The notes under the pieces were generated by a model. The model was given only the letters and a program-made list of their open reading frames with translations. It did no database searches and had not been told where the DNA came from. This document shows positions 1 to 7,508 of a stretch of 48,760 nucleotides of DNA, in pieces (position 1 is the stretch's first letter; each line of letters begins with the position of its first letter). Both the position numbers and the translations under genes were made by a program. The stretch is from Cytophagaceae bacterium. Its GTDB lineage: Bacteria > Bacteroidota > Bacteroidia > Cytophagales > Flexibacteraceae. The stretch is from positions 1-48,760 of the forward strand of contig CANHWS010000001.1 of assembly GCA_947464365.1 (NCBI GenBank). Reading direction: 5' to 3'.

Positions 1-1598
1 AGATTCGTGGCCTGCAAGGCAGCCTGACTTGGGACACCACAGTTGCTCGCTACGTAACCGTAACGCGTTTTGGCCTCCGTAATCTTTCCATCCGTAACTT
101 CAACAACACGACAGCAGCCACACAAGGAATGCTGCGCTTTGCCTGGAACGATCAGTCTGCCACCCTTGCTGACGATAGCGTTCTGTTTGCAGTTTCGTTC
201 CGCCTCAAGACAGCCGCTAATACCACCTCACAGGTTTCATTTAATGGCACTTGGCTACCTGCGGCCATCGATAGCAGCCAGACCACTGTGCCAACCTTTA
301 CCACTGGTGGCCTGTTGACTGTTATTACCTCACCTACAATCACCACCAATAAAGTTGTTATTGGCAGCTCAGCCACTACAACTGAAGTCTGTGCTGGTGG
401 CACCCTTAAAGTTCCATTTACTGCCTCAGCAGCGTTCCCTGCTGGCAATACATTTACTGCGCAGCTATCAACAGGTGCAGGTGTCTTCACCCCAGCCGTT
501 TCGGTAGGTACCTTGGTTGGTACTAACTCTGACACCATTTTGGTCACCATCCCTGCCAACGCCGTTACTGGCACTGGCTACCGCATCCGTGTCAATGGAT
601 CCTTGCCTACTGTAACTGGCATCGCCACCACTGATACCTTCACCATCACTGCTACTCCAGCTCGTCCTACGATTACTGCTGCTGGCCCACTTGCCATCTG
701 CCCTACGGATAGCCTACAGCTATCTGCCCCTGCCGGGTTTGGTAGCTATGCTTGGTCAAACGGAGCAACAACCCAAACTATCTGGGTACGTGGTGCAGGT
801 AGCTATACTGTCCGTGCCATCACAAGTGGTGGATGTACGAGTGTTGCCTCTACTGCTCTTAATACAACGGCAGCTACGCAGCCAAACGCACCGACCATCA
901 CCGCTACAGGCAGCACCACTCGTTGCGATGGTGATAGCGTCACCCTGACTGCACCAGTAAGCAATGCCTATCGTTGGAGCACTGGCGCCACAACCCGTGC
1001 CATCGTTGTCAAAACAACCGGTAGCTATACCGTCGAGGTACGTGGCACAGCAACTGGCTGTTATAGCCGCACCTCAGCACCAACCATCGTTACCATCAAT
1101 CCGTTGCCTGGCACACCATCCATTACAGTCTATGGTGGCAGCAATGATAGCCTAAGGGCTGACGGTTCTGCCGGCACCACCTACCTTTGGTTCTTGAATG
1201 GCACCCGTGTTGCCGCCCTTGTAGGTCCGGAAGTTAAATGGGGTACTGCTGGTACTTATACAGTCCGTGTAGTGGCAGCAGGTTGTACCTCTGCCTTATC
1301 TGCCCCAGTGGTTGTGACTGCAGTAGCTGGTCGCCTAGGTTTGGCTAACACCATTACCTTGTTCCCGAACCCGAACAACGGACAGTTTAGCTTAAGCATC
1401 AAAGGTCATGAGAACGAAATGATGACCATCGCCATCACTGACTTGGCTGGCCGCATCCTCCGCACTGAGGGCATTATGGTCAACCAAGACAACTACACCT
1501 TACCTGTTGACCTTGGCACCCTTGCCAAAGGCACCTACTTGGTCCGAGTTGCAGATGCAAAAGGCGCTAGTGCTGTTTTGCGTACCACTGTTCAATAG
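1..1598 (+). CDS. T9SS-secreted modular cell-surface protein, 5'-truncated by the window edge (cohesin-like domain, beta-sandwich domain, three tandem Ig-like repeats, Por/T9SS C-terminal sorting domain)
   Basis: Frame 3 is open from base 3 to the listed Met at 129 with no stop, so the gene begins upstream of the window. The C-terminus (ITLFPNPNNGQFSLSIKG...GTYLVRVADAKGASAVLRTTVQ) fits the T9SS CTD pattern. The N-terminal part (LRFAWNDQSATLADDSVLFAVSFRLK) resembles a cohesin-type sandwich. It is followed by three ~74-aa Cys-containing repeats. Confidence 0.8.
   Translation, partial: IRGLQGSLTWDTTVARYVTVTRFGLRNLSIRNFNNTTAATQGMLRFAWNDQSATLADDSVLFAVSFRLKTAANTTSQVSFNGTWLPAAIDSSQTTVPTFTTGGLLTVITSPTITTNKVVIGSSATTTEVCAGGTLKVPFTASAAFPAGNTFTAQLSTGAGVFTPAVSVGTLVGTNSDTILVTIPANAVTGTGYRIRVNGSLPTVTGIATTDTFTITATPARPTITAAGPLAICPTDSLQLSAPAGFGSYAWSNGATTQTIWVRGAGSYTVRAITSGGCTSVASTALNTTAATQPNAPTITATGSTTRCDGDSVTLTAPVSNAYRWSTGATTRAIVVKTTGSYTVEVRGTATGCYSRTSAPTIVTINPLPGTPSITVYGGSNDSLRADGSAGTTYLWFLNGTRVAALVGPEVKWGTAGTYTVRVVAAGCTSALSAPVVVTAVAGRLGLANTITLFPNPNNGQFSLSIKGHENEMMTIAITDLAGRILRTEGIMVNQDNYTLPVDLGTLAKGTYLVRVADAKGASAVLRTTVQ
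657..1322 (+). repeat. Three tandem ~74-aa (about 222-nt) Ig-like modules inside the surface-protein CDS
   Basis: Each module shows the pattern PTIT..G....C..DS..L.A......Y.WS.GATT..I.V...GSYTV.......GC.S..S. The units run PARPTITAAG...TTAAT, QPNAPTITATG...VTINPL and PGTPSITVYG...VVVTA. Confidence 0.7.
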
Positions 1599-1634
1599 CA
1601 ACCCTATTAGTAGTTTACGGACGTTTATCCACAA

Positions 1635-1664
1635 ACACCCTCTGGTAACGGAGGGTGTTTTTTA
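1635..1664 (+). terminator. Rho-independent terminator after the surface-protein gene
   Basis: Perfect 8-bp stem ACACCCTC / GAGGGTGT with an 8-nt loop, followed by TTTTT. Confidence 0.8.
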
Positions 1665-1670
1665 CATTTG
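1663..1670 (+). promoter_or_regulatory. Bacteroidota-type -7 promoter box (TAnnTTTG) for the HicB-like gene
   Basis: TACATTTG lies 43 nt upstream of the ATG at 1713. No clear -33 TTG was seen. Confidence 0.4.
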
Positions 1671-1712
1671 TATAAGTACCTAGCTTTATGATCTAACCAA
1701 ATCCCCCGAATC

Positions 1713-2114
1713 ATGCGCACGATCAAAGTCACCATTGAGAAAGACCCCACCGGCGGCTATGGTGCGTGGTCCGAAACCAAATTTGGCCTAATCACTGCCA
1801 TGGGTGATACATTCTCTGAGCTCCGCCAGAATCTGATCAACGCCGCCGAAGATGTCCTCAATGATTCAAAGTCATTGGGCTATCCGATTACTTGGAACCA
1901 CTTTGAGGTAACCCTAGACGCCGCGAGCTTTTTCCGCTCCTACCGCATCATCAACGTAACGGAGTTCGCCAAATGGGTCGGCATCAACAACACCCTCATC
2001 AGCCAATACGTATCGGGCCTCAAGTCACCTGGCAAAAAGCAGACCGCCAAGATCCTGCAAGGCATCCCTGAGATGGGCCAAGAGCTAGCCTCGCTTGATC
2101 TTGTAACCAGCTAA
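1713..2114 (+). CDS. HicB-like antitoxin fused to a C-terminal helix-turn-helix (XRE-like) segment
   Basis: The N-terminus (IKVTIEKDPTGGYGAWSETKFGLITAMGDTFSELRQNLINAAEDVL) has the HicB/UPF0150 alpha-beta pattern. The C-terminus (FAKWVGINNTLISQYVSGLKSPGKKQTAKILQGI) is a typical HTH as seen in Bacteroidota HicB-family antitoxins. Confidence 0.6.
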   Translation: MRTIKVTIEKDPTGGYGAWSETKFGLITAMGDTFSELRQNLINAAEDVLNDSKSLGYPITWNHFEVTLDAASFFRSYRIINVTEFAKWVGINNTLISQYVSGLKSPGKKQTAKILQGIPEMGQELASLDLVTS

Positions 2115-2136
2115 GCAATCAACCCCCTAACAACGC

Positions 2137-2166
2137 AAAAGACCTGACAGTGATGTCAGGTCTTTC
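2137..2166. terminator. Bidirectional terminator between convergent genes
   Basis: Stem GACCTGACA / TGTCAGGTC (9 bp) with a 4-nt loop, flanked by AAAA upstream and TTT downstream. Confidence 0.75.
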
Positions 2167-2209
2167 GACTTACTGAAGGGTATTAAGGTTGGCGCAATGG
2201 CCGCTATTT

Positions 2210-3010
2210 CTAGAAATGGATGCTAATGCCTAGGTTGACAGATGCGCTTGAAATGTCAATTTTTGATTTTGCACTAGTTGTAACGTTAGAATTTTCCGTC
2301 GCTAGCGCACCACCTGGACGTACAACAACCTTTGACTCAGAAGAAGTTGTTGTGTAATTGTAATCCCTATTACCTAGGTTCAAGTAGTTGAGGTCAAGAA
2401 AAAAACCAACAGATGCACTTAGGCTTGTTCGCAGACCAAGAGATGCTCCATAGGCAAGACCTGAATTGACGGTAGGTGATTTTATGCTAGTTTCTGATTC
2501 TTGCTCAGGAGATCCCGTTTTTACTTCTCTACTGTTAACAATTAAATCACTTGCCAACATAGTTGAGTAACCAGCCATCGGCTGCAGGTAAAGCTCAATA
2601 CCTCCGAGTTGAATGGCTCCACGTGGACCAATCAAGGCATTGATTCCGCTGTAGATTCCACCGGTTGCTTCAAGATTGGCTTGGGTGTAGCCAGTCCTGT
2701 TGTAATTGCTTTTAGCGTCCTCCTGGTATTTGCTTGTATTGGTAAAGAAGGTATTGTAACCGACACGTGCAGCCAGGGCGATATTTGGATGGAAATAGTA
2801 GGCACCATGCACATTTGCAGTGTAGCCATACGATGCAAATCCATTTTCCTTTGCAGCATCAGTTGACTTTTGAGTCTTGCCAAAATCCCCAAGGCCAAAT
2901 GCACCGCCAACGGTAATGCCAAGGGCCCAAGGCTTTTCAACCTTCTGAGCAAAGCCAGCAACACCAAGTCCTAGGACCAATGCAGAAGTGGCAAATAAGC
3001 GTTTTAACAT
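2210..3010 (-). CDS. Outer-membrane beta-barrel protein (porin/OmpA-like barrel family)
   Basis: Signal peptide MLKRLFATSALVLGLGVAGFAQ begins at the internal ATG at 3010. The body is rich in G/S/T/N/Y with alternating residues, and the protein ends in a terminal Phe (LGISIHF). A TAnnTTTG box at 3038-3045 lies inside the longer ORF that starts at 3055, which favours the 3010 start. Confidence 0.75.
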   Translation of the reverse strand: MLKRLFATSALVLGLGVAGFAQKVEKPWALGITVGGAFGLGDFGKTQKSTDAAKENGFASYGYTANVHGAYYFHPNIALAARVGYNTFFTNTSKYQEDAKSNYNRTGYTQANLEATGGIYSGINALIGPRGAIQLGGIELYLQPMAGYSTMLASDLIVNSREVKTGSPEQESETSIKSPTVNSGLAYGASLGLRTSLSASVGFFLDLNYLNLGNRDYNYTTTSSESKVVVRPGGALATENSNVTTSAKSKIDISSASVNLGISIHF

Positions 3011-3037
3011 AAGTTTGAGTGTTTGATTGAATTGGGG

Positions 3038-3045
3038 CAAATCTA
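3038..3045 (-). promoter_or_regulatory. Bacteroidota-type -7 box (TAGATTTG on the minus strand) for the OMP gene
   Basis: The plus strand reads CAAATCTA, 28 nt upstream of the ATG at 3010. The surrounding region is AT-rich. Confidence 0.4.
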
Positions 3046-3378
3046 GTCCCAACATCTTGAATTATTGCCCAAGTACTTAAATTTAATGCAATTTTAATTT
3101 TAGAATACGGCCGTCCACCTTCCTAACTGGACATCTGCAAGGATTAGTTATTGATTATCAACCCTTTAATGCCAGTTATTTTCGTACCACCACCAGCATC
3201 AAGACTACAGCAGAGGATCCCAATAACCTAAATAATAGGTATCCCTACCGTATGGAGGGACTGCTAAAACCCAAGATCATACTCGGGAATCTACGAAAAT
3301 TACCATGGCCTGAGGTTTGTCAATTGTGCTAAGTATAGATAAAGGGCATTCATTAAACCCTTAAATATGCCTACAAAC

Positions 3379-3398
3379 CGATCTAGGATACTAGATCG
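3379..3398 (-). terminator. Candidate terminator hairpin downstream of the Fe-S protein gene
   Basis: Stem CGATCTAG / CTAGATCG (8 bp) with a GATA loop, 46 nt past the stop codon. The downstream T-tract on the minus strand is weak. Confidence 0.35.
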
Positions 3399-3443
3399 AG
3401 GTAAATTTGGGTACCAAACTACAATTGTAGGATCTCAACAGGA

Positions 3444-4238
3444 CTAGATCATGTCAACCAACAGCATCTCCGCCAGATCCATCACCTTCACGTTGGCCTC
3501 TTGTTCCTTGTTTTTGATACCGTCGGTCATCATGGTCATGCAGAAGGGGCAGGCCACAGCGATCACCTCAGGGTTGGTCTCTAGTGCCTCCTCAGTACGC
3601 GCAATGTTGATCTCTTTACTTCCTGGCTCCGCATCTTTGAACATCTGGGCACCACCAGCTCCGCAACACAGCCCCTTAGCTCGGCTGCGTTTCATTTCGC
3701 TCATCTCGGCGTCTAAGGCTTCCAGGACGGCACGCGGGGCTTCGTAGATGTCATTGGCTCGGCCAAGGTAACAGCTGTCATGGTAAGTAATGCGTTTGCC
3801 TTTGAAACTTCCACCACCCTGCATCTTGATCTTGCCGCCATCAATCAGCTGCTGGAGCAACTGACTATGGTGCACCACCTCATAATTACCACCTAGGGCA
3901 GGGTATTCGTTCTTGAGTGTGTTGAAGCAGTGTGGGCAAGCCGTCACGATCTTCTTGACCTCATACCCATCCAGGATCTGAATATTACTCGCAGCCATCA
4001 TCTGGAACAGATACTCGTTGCCAGCACGGCGTGCTGGGTCGCCAGTACAGGCCTCTTCCGTCCCGAGGACAGCAAAGGTGATACCCACCTTGTTCAGGAT
4101 CTTGCAGACGGCAACCGTAACCCTTTTGTACCGGTCGTCGAATGAGCCCGCACAGCCCACCCAGAACAGGACATCAGGCGTTTTGCCTTCTGCGACAAAG
4201 TCTGCCATGGTTTTGATCCGGAGTAGTTTCTCTTCCAT
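3444..4238 (-). CDS. (Fe-S)-binding protein with two cysteine-rich CCG domains (HdrD/GlpC/GlcF C-terminal type)
   Basis: Cys motifs VGCAGSFDD, CPHCF, CCGAGGAQM and CPFCMTMM. A 264-aa protein of this kind is typically annotated (Fe-S)-binding protein in Bacteroidota. Confidence 0.8.
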   Translation of the reverse strand: MEEKLLRIKTMADFVAEGKTPDVLFWVGCAGSFDDRYKRVTVAVCKILNKVGITFAVLGTEEACTGDPARRAGNEYLFQMMAASNIQILDGYEVKKIVTACPHCFNTLKNEYPALGGNYEVVHHSQLLQQLIDGGKIKMQGGGSFKGKRITYHDSCYLGRANDIYEAPRAVLEALDAEMSEMKRSRAKGLCCGAGGAQMFKDAEPGSKEINIARTEEALETNPEVIAVACPFCMTMMTDGIKNKEQEANVKVMDLAEMLLVDMI

Positions 4239-4427
4239 CTGTGGGTCGTGTTGAGGTGATGTATCTGTCAGCAGAAAGGCTGCTGTTTGGTGTGTGGGCC
4301 AAAATAAACCAATTAGTGCTTACCAAGGGGCTAACAATCGGCATAAATTGCGCTTTTATTACTGATGCCCGTGTAAGTGTCCCGAACCGAGCCACTTGCA
4401 CTACTGCCCACAGGCCAACCGACAACC

Positions 4428-6500
4428 ATGAGCCAAGCCCCAAAACACTTCAGCCGACATACCCTTACCGCTGCCCTACCCTATGCCAACGGCCCCGTGC
4501 ACATTGGCCACTTGGCAGGTGTCTATATCCCTGCGGATATCTATGCGCGCTATTTGCGGATACAAGGCAAGGACGTGGTGCTGATCTGTGGCAGTGATGA
4601 GCATGGTGTGCCTGTTACCCTGCGTGCCCGCAAGGAGGGCCTGACTGTGCAAGAGGTAGTGGACAAATACCACAGCCTGATCAAACAATCGTTTCAGGAC
4701 TTCGGCATCAGTTTCGACATCTACCACCGCACATCGGACCCCTTACATCACGAGACCTCCTCAGCAATGTTTCGGGACCTGTATGATAAAGGTGAGTTGA
4801 CAGAACAAACCAGCCTTCAGTTCTACGACCAGTCTGCCGAGCAGTTTTTGGCCGACAGATACATTCAGGGCACCTGCCCTAGCTGTGGGTTCGAAAATGC
4901 CTATGGCGACCAATGCGAAAACTGTGGCACTACCCTCAGCCCAGACGAGCTGATCAACCCACGGTCCATGCTGAGCGGTGCCGTGCCGATCAAGAAGGAA
5001 ACCAAACATTGGTACCTCCCGCTCAACCAATGGGAAGACCGCCTGCGTCAATACATCCTCGAAGGCCATAAGGACGACTGGAAACCCAACGTATTGGGCC
5101 AGTGCCGTAGCTGGATAGACCAAGGACTGCAACCAAGGGCGGTAACCCGCGACCTTGATTGGGGCGTGAAAGTGCCGCTGCCTGACACCGACGGCAAAGT
5201 CCTTTACGTCTGGTTTGATGCACCTATCGGATACATCTCGGCAACCAAAGCTTGGGCAGCTGAGACGGGCAAAAACTGGGAAGACTATTGGAAACGTGAG
5301 GACACCCAGCTGATCCATTTCATCGGCAAGGATAACATCGTTTTCCACTGCATCATTTTCCCGACCATGCTCATGGCTTCTGGGGACTATATCTGGGCTG
5401 ACCAAGTACCGGCTAACGAGTTCCTGAACCTAGAAGGCAACAAGATCAGTACTAGCCGCAACTGGGCCGTCTGGCTGCACGAGTACCTGCAGGACTTCCC
5501 CGGCAAGCAGGATGTTTTGCGCTATGTACTAGCTGCCAATATGCCCGAAACCAAGGACAACGACTTTACTTGGCGTGACTTTCAGGCCCGCAATAACAAC
5601 GAGCTGGTGGCCATCTTAGGCAATTTTGTGAACCGTGTCGTTACCCTGACTCATAAATACTATGGAGGTAAAGTCCCGGCACCAGGCACCCTGACGGACC
5701 TAGACTTAGCCTTGGTAGCTGACCTTGCCACCTACCCGACCAAAATCAGCACCGCCCTCAACCAATATCGGTTCCGGGAAGCATTGGCCCATTATATCGA
5801 TCTGGCAAGGACAGGAAATAAATACTTGGCCGAAACCGAGCCATGGAAACTCTGGAAAACGGAACCTGAAAGGGTGACTACGATCCTGAACCTCGGGCTG
5901 CAAATCGTGGCCAACTTAGCATTGCTAGGTGAGGTCTTCTTGCCCAATGCTGCTGCGGCAATGTTCCGCATGGTGCCTACTGCAGACATTCCGAGCCTTT
6001 TGCGCTGGAACAATGCTGGCAGTGCCCTTTTGGTCGAGCCAGGTACAGTGCTAGGAGAAGGTCACCTATTGTTCGAAAAAATAGAAGACGACGTCATAGA
6101 GGCCCAAGTCGCCAAGTTGGAGGCCACCAAAGCGGCCAACAACGCTGCTGCCAAGGCGCCAGAGGCCGCCAAACCCGCCATCACCTTTGATCAGTTTGGG
6201 GCCATGGATATTCGGGTTGCAACCATCACCGAAGCGGTATTGGTGCCCAAAACCAAGAAACTCCTCAAGCTTACCCTTCGCACTGGCCTCGATACTAGGA
6301 CTGTGGTCAGTGGTATTGCCGAGCATTTCAAGCCCGAAGACATTATTGGCCAACAAGTCTGCCTATTGGCCAACCTAGCCCCGCGCGAGCTTAAAGGCAT
6401 CACTTCGGAAGGCATGATCTTGATGGCAGAGGATAGCGATGGCAAGCTAGTGTTTGTCCGCCCTAGCCAAACTGTTTGGGATGGAGCAACTGTCAAATAG
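4428..6500 (+). CDS. metG: Methionine--tRNA ligase with C-terminal tRNA-binding (Trbp111/EMAP-like) domain
   Basis: HIGH motif (PVHIGHLAG), zinc knuckle [18 protein letters not shown] and a KMSKS-like motif NKISTSRN. The C-terminus ([25 protein letters not shown]...GMILMAED) fits the tRNA-binding domain. I chose the ATG at 4428 over the GTG at 4377 because [23 protein letters not shown] aligns with the usual N-terminus. Confidence 0.97.
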   Translation: MSQAPKHFSRHTLTAALPYANGPVHIGHLAGVYIPADIYARYLRIQGKDVVLICGSDEHGVPVTLRARKEGLTVQEVVDKYHSLIKQSFQDFGISFDIYHRTSDPLHHETSSAMFRDLYDKGELTEQTSLQFYDQSAEQFLADRYIQGTCPSCGFENAYGDQCENCGTTLSPDELINPRSMLSGAVPIKKETKHWYLPLNQWEDRLRQYILEGHKDDWKPNVLGQCRSWIDQGLQPRAVTRDLDWGVKVPLPDTDGKVLYVWFDAPIGYISATKAWAAETGKNWEDYWKREDTQLIHFIGKDNIVFHCIIFPTMLMASGDYIWADQVPANEFLNLEGNKISTSRNWAVWLHEYLQDFPGKQDVLRYVLAANMPETKDNDFTWRDFQARNNNELVAILGNFVNRVVTLTHKYYGGKVPAPGTLTDLDLALVADLATYPTKISTALNQYRFREALAHYIDLARTGNKYLAETEPWKLWKTEPERVTTILNLGLQIVANLALLGEVFLPNAAAAMFRMVPTADIPSLLRWNNAGSALLVEPGTVLGEGHLLFEKIEDDVIEAQVAKLEATKAANNAAAKAPEAAKPAITFDQFGAMDIRVATITEAVLVPKTKKLLKLTLRTGLDTRTVVSGIAEHFKPEDIIGQQVCLLANLAPRELKGITSEGMILMAEDSDGKLVFVRPSQTVWDGATVK

Positions 6501-6596
6501 CGATTAAAACTGCTAAATGGCTGCTGACAAATTGCCCATCGCAGTAAACTGGGCTAACAAGGGCCTTAAACATCTGGATAGCGGTCCTTAAGTACA

Positions 6597-6632
6597 AAAG
6601 CCATGTAGTGATATCGCTACATGGCTTTTGTT
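6597..6632. terminator. Bidirectional rho-independent terminator (metG / convergent small gene)
   Basis: Stem GCCATGTAG / CTACATGGC (9 bp) with an 8-nt loop, flanked by AAAA and TTTTGTTT. Confidence 0.8.
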
Positions 6633-6695
6633 TGATGGCTAAATGGATAGTCTAGGTATTTATTGGTAAGGACATCATAGCCACACCCATTAAAC

Positions 6696-6983
6696 CTAGC
6701 TAAAATAGACGTCCTTGATCGCACTTATCGGGATCGAAACCCCGCCCTTGAGCGAAATGTGACTGTCCGTAACGGCCCAGATCGTGGTGTCCACCTCAAG
6801 GTTTTCGCCACTTTCGGCCTCGAAGATGATGTGAACCTTGCCGTGGTAGGCATTACCAAGTGCCAAGGCTTTGTTGAGCGACCATTGACGCTGTTTGCGG
6901 TCAAAGTCGAGGCTTAGGACCTCCTTGTGTGCAAAATGGATGTTGCTGATTTCTTCTTTCCTGATTTGAGTGGCGGTTAGCAT
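6696..6983 (-). CDS. Small hypothetical protein (95 aa)
   Basis: Open frame with a protein-like C-terminal 95 aa (MLTATQIRKEEISNIHFAHKEVLSLDF...ISLKGGVSIPISAIKDVYFS). The upstream extension to the ATG at 7151 is compositionally odd (FPFFSLGPNLFHPLSS). The start is uncertain and I recognise no family. Confidence 0.5.
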   Translation of the reverse strand: MLTATQIRKEEISNIHFAHKEVLSLDFDRKQRQWSLNKALALGNAYHGKVHIIFEAESGENLEVDTTIWAVTDSHISLKGGVSIPISAIKDVYFS

Positions 6984-7508
6984 GAGGTAGCGTTCGGGAG
7001 AGGATAATGGATGGAATAGATTTGGTCCTAGCGAAAAGAAGGGAAAATAAAGGCGGTAGACCTCTGCTTTGTTAACAGAACGAAGGTCTGGTTTTTCGCC
7101 TGATTGTATAGCAATAATTTTGCCAACTATCTTACACGCAGAATAAACCATACAAAAAAAGCTTATTTACCATGCAATTGATAGACTAGCTTTGGAACCC
7201 CGATCGTCCAATGTGGCTCTATTTAGCCTTCCATTGCATTTCTAACCGCCTACTAGCGATAGCACCTCTTGACCCATACCATGCATTTTGGCTTAACCTG
7301 TCGCAGTCATCAGGGTGAATACAGGCAAAACCTGCCTTAACCATACGTCGGCTACCAGATACGATTATCACTACCTATCAGAAAAACATGGTCAATCGAA
7401 GGGACACAATCCTAAACGAGTGGCCTAACGTAACGCTCAAAGTGATAAGCAAGGCTGAATGGGCCTAGTTGGGCCATTCCTAAATAGGGCCTAAAGCAAG
7501 CCATTTAG

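Noticed and set aside
4174-4443. 89-aa minus-strand ORF upstream of the CCG-domain gene, considered as a missing Fe-S partner
   Set aside because: It has no Cys clusters, overlaps both the 5' end of the CCG gene and the metG start region, and has a shadow-like sequence.
4761-5405. 214-aa ORF on the minus strand inside metG
   Set aside because: It is fully antisense to a confidently identified CDS. The composition is low-complexity and not protein-like, which is typical of a shadow ORF in GC-balanced coding DNA.
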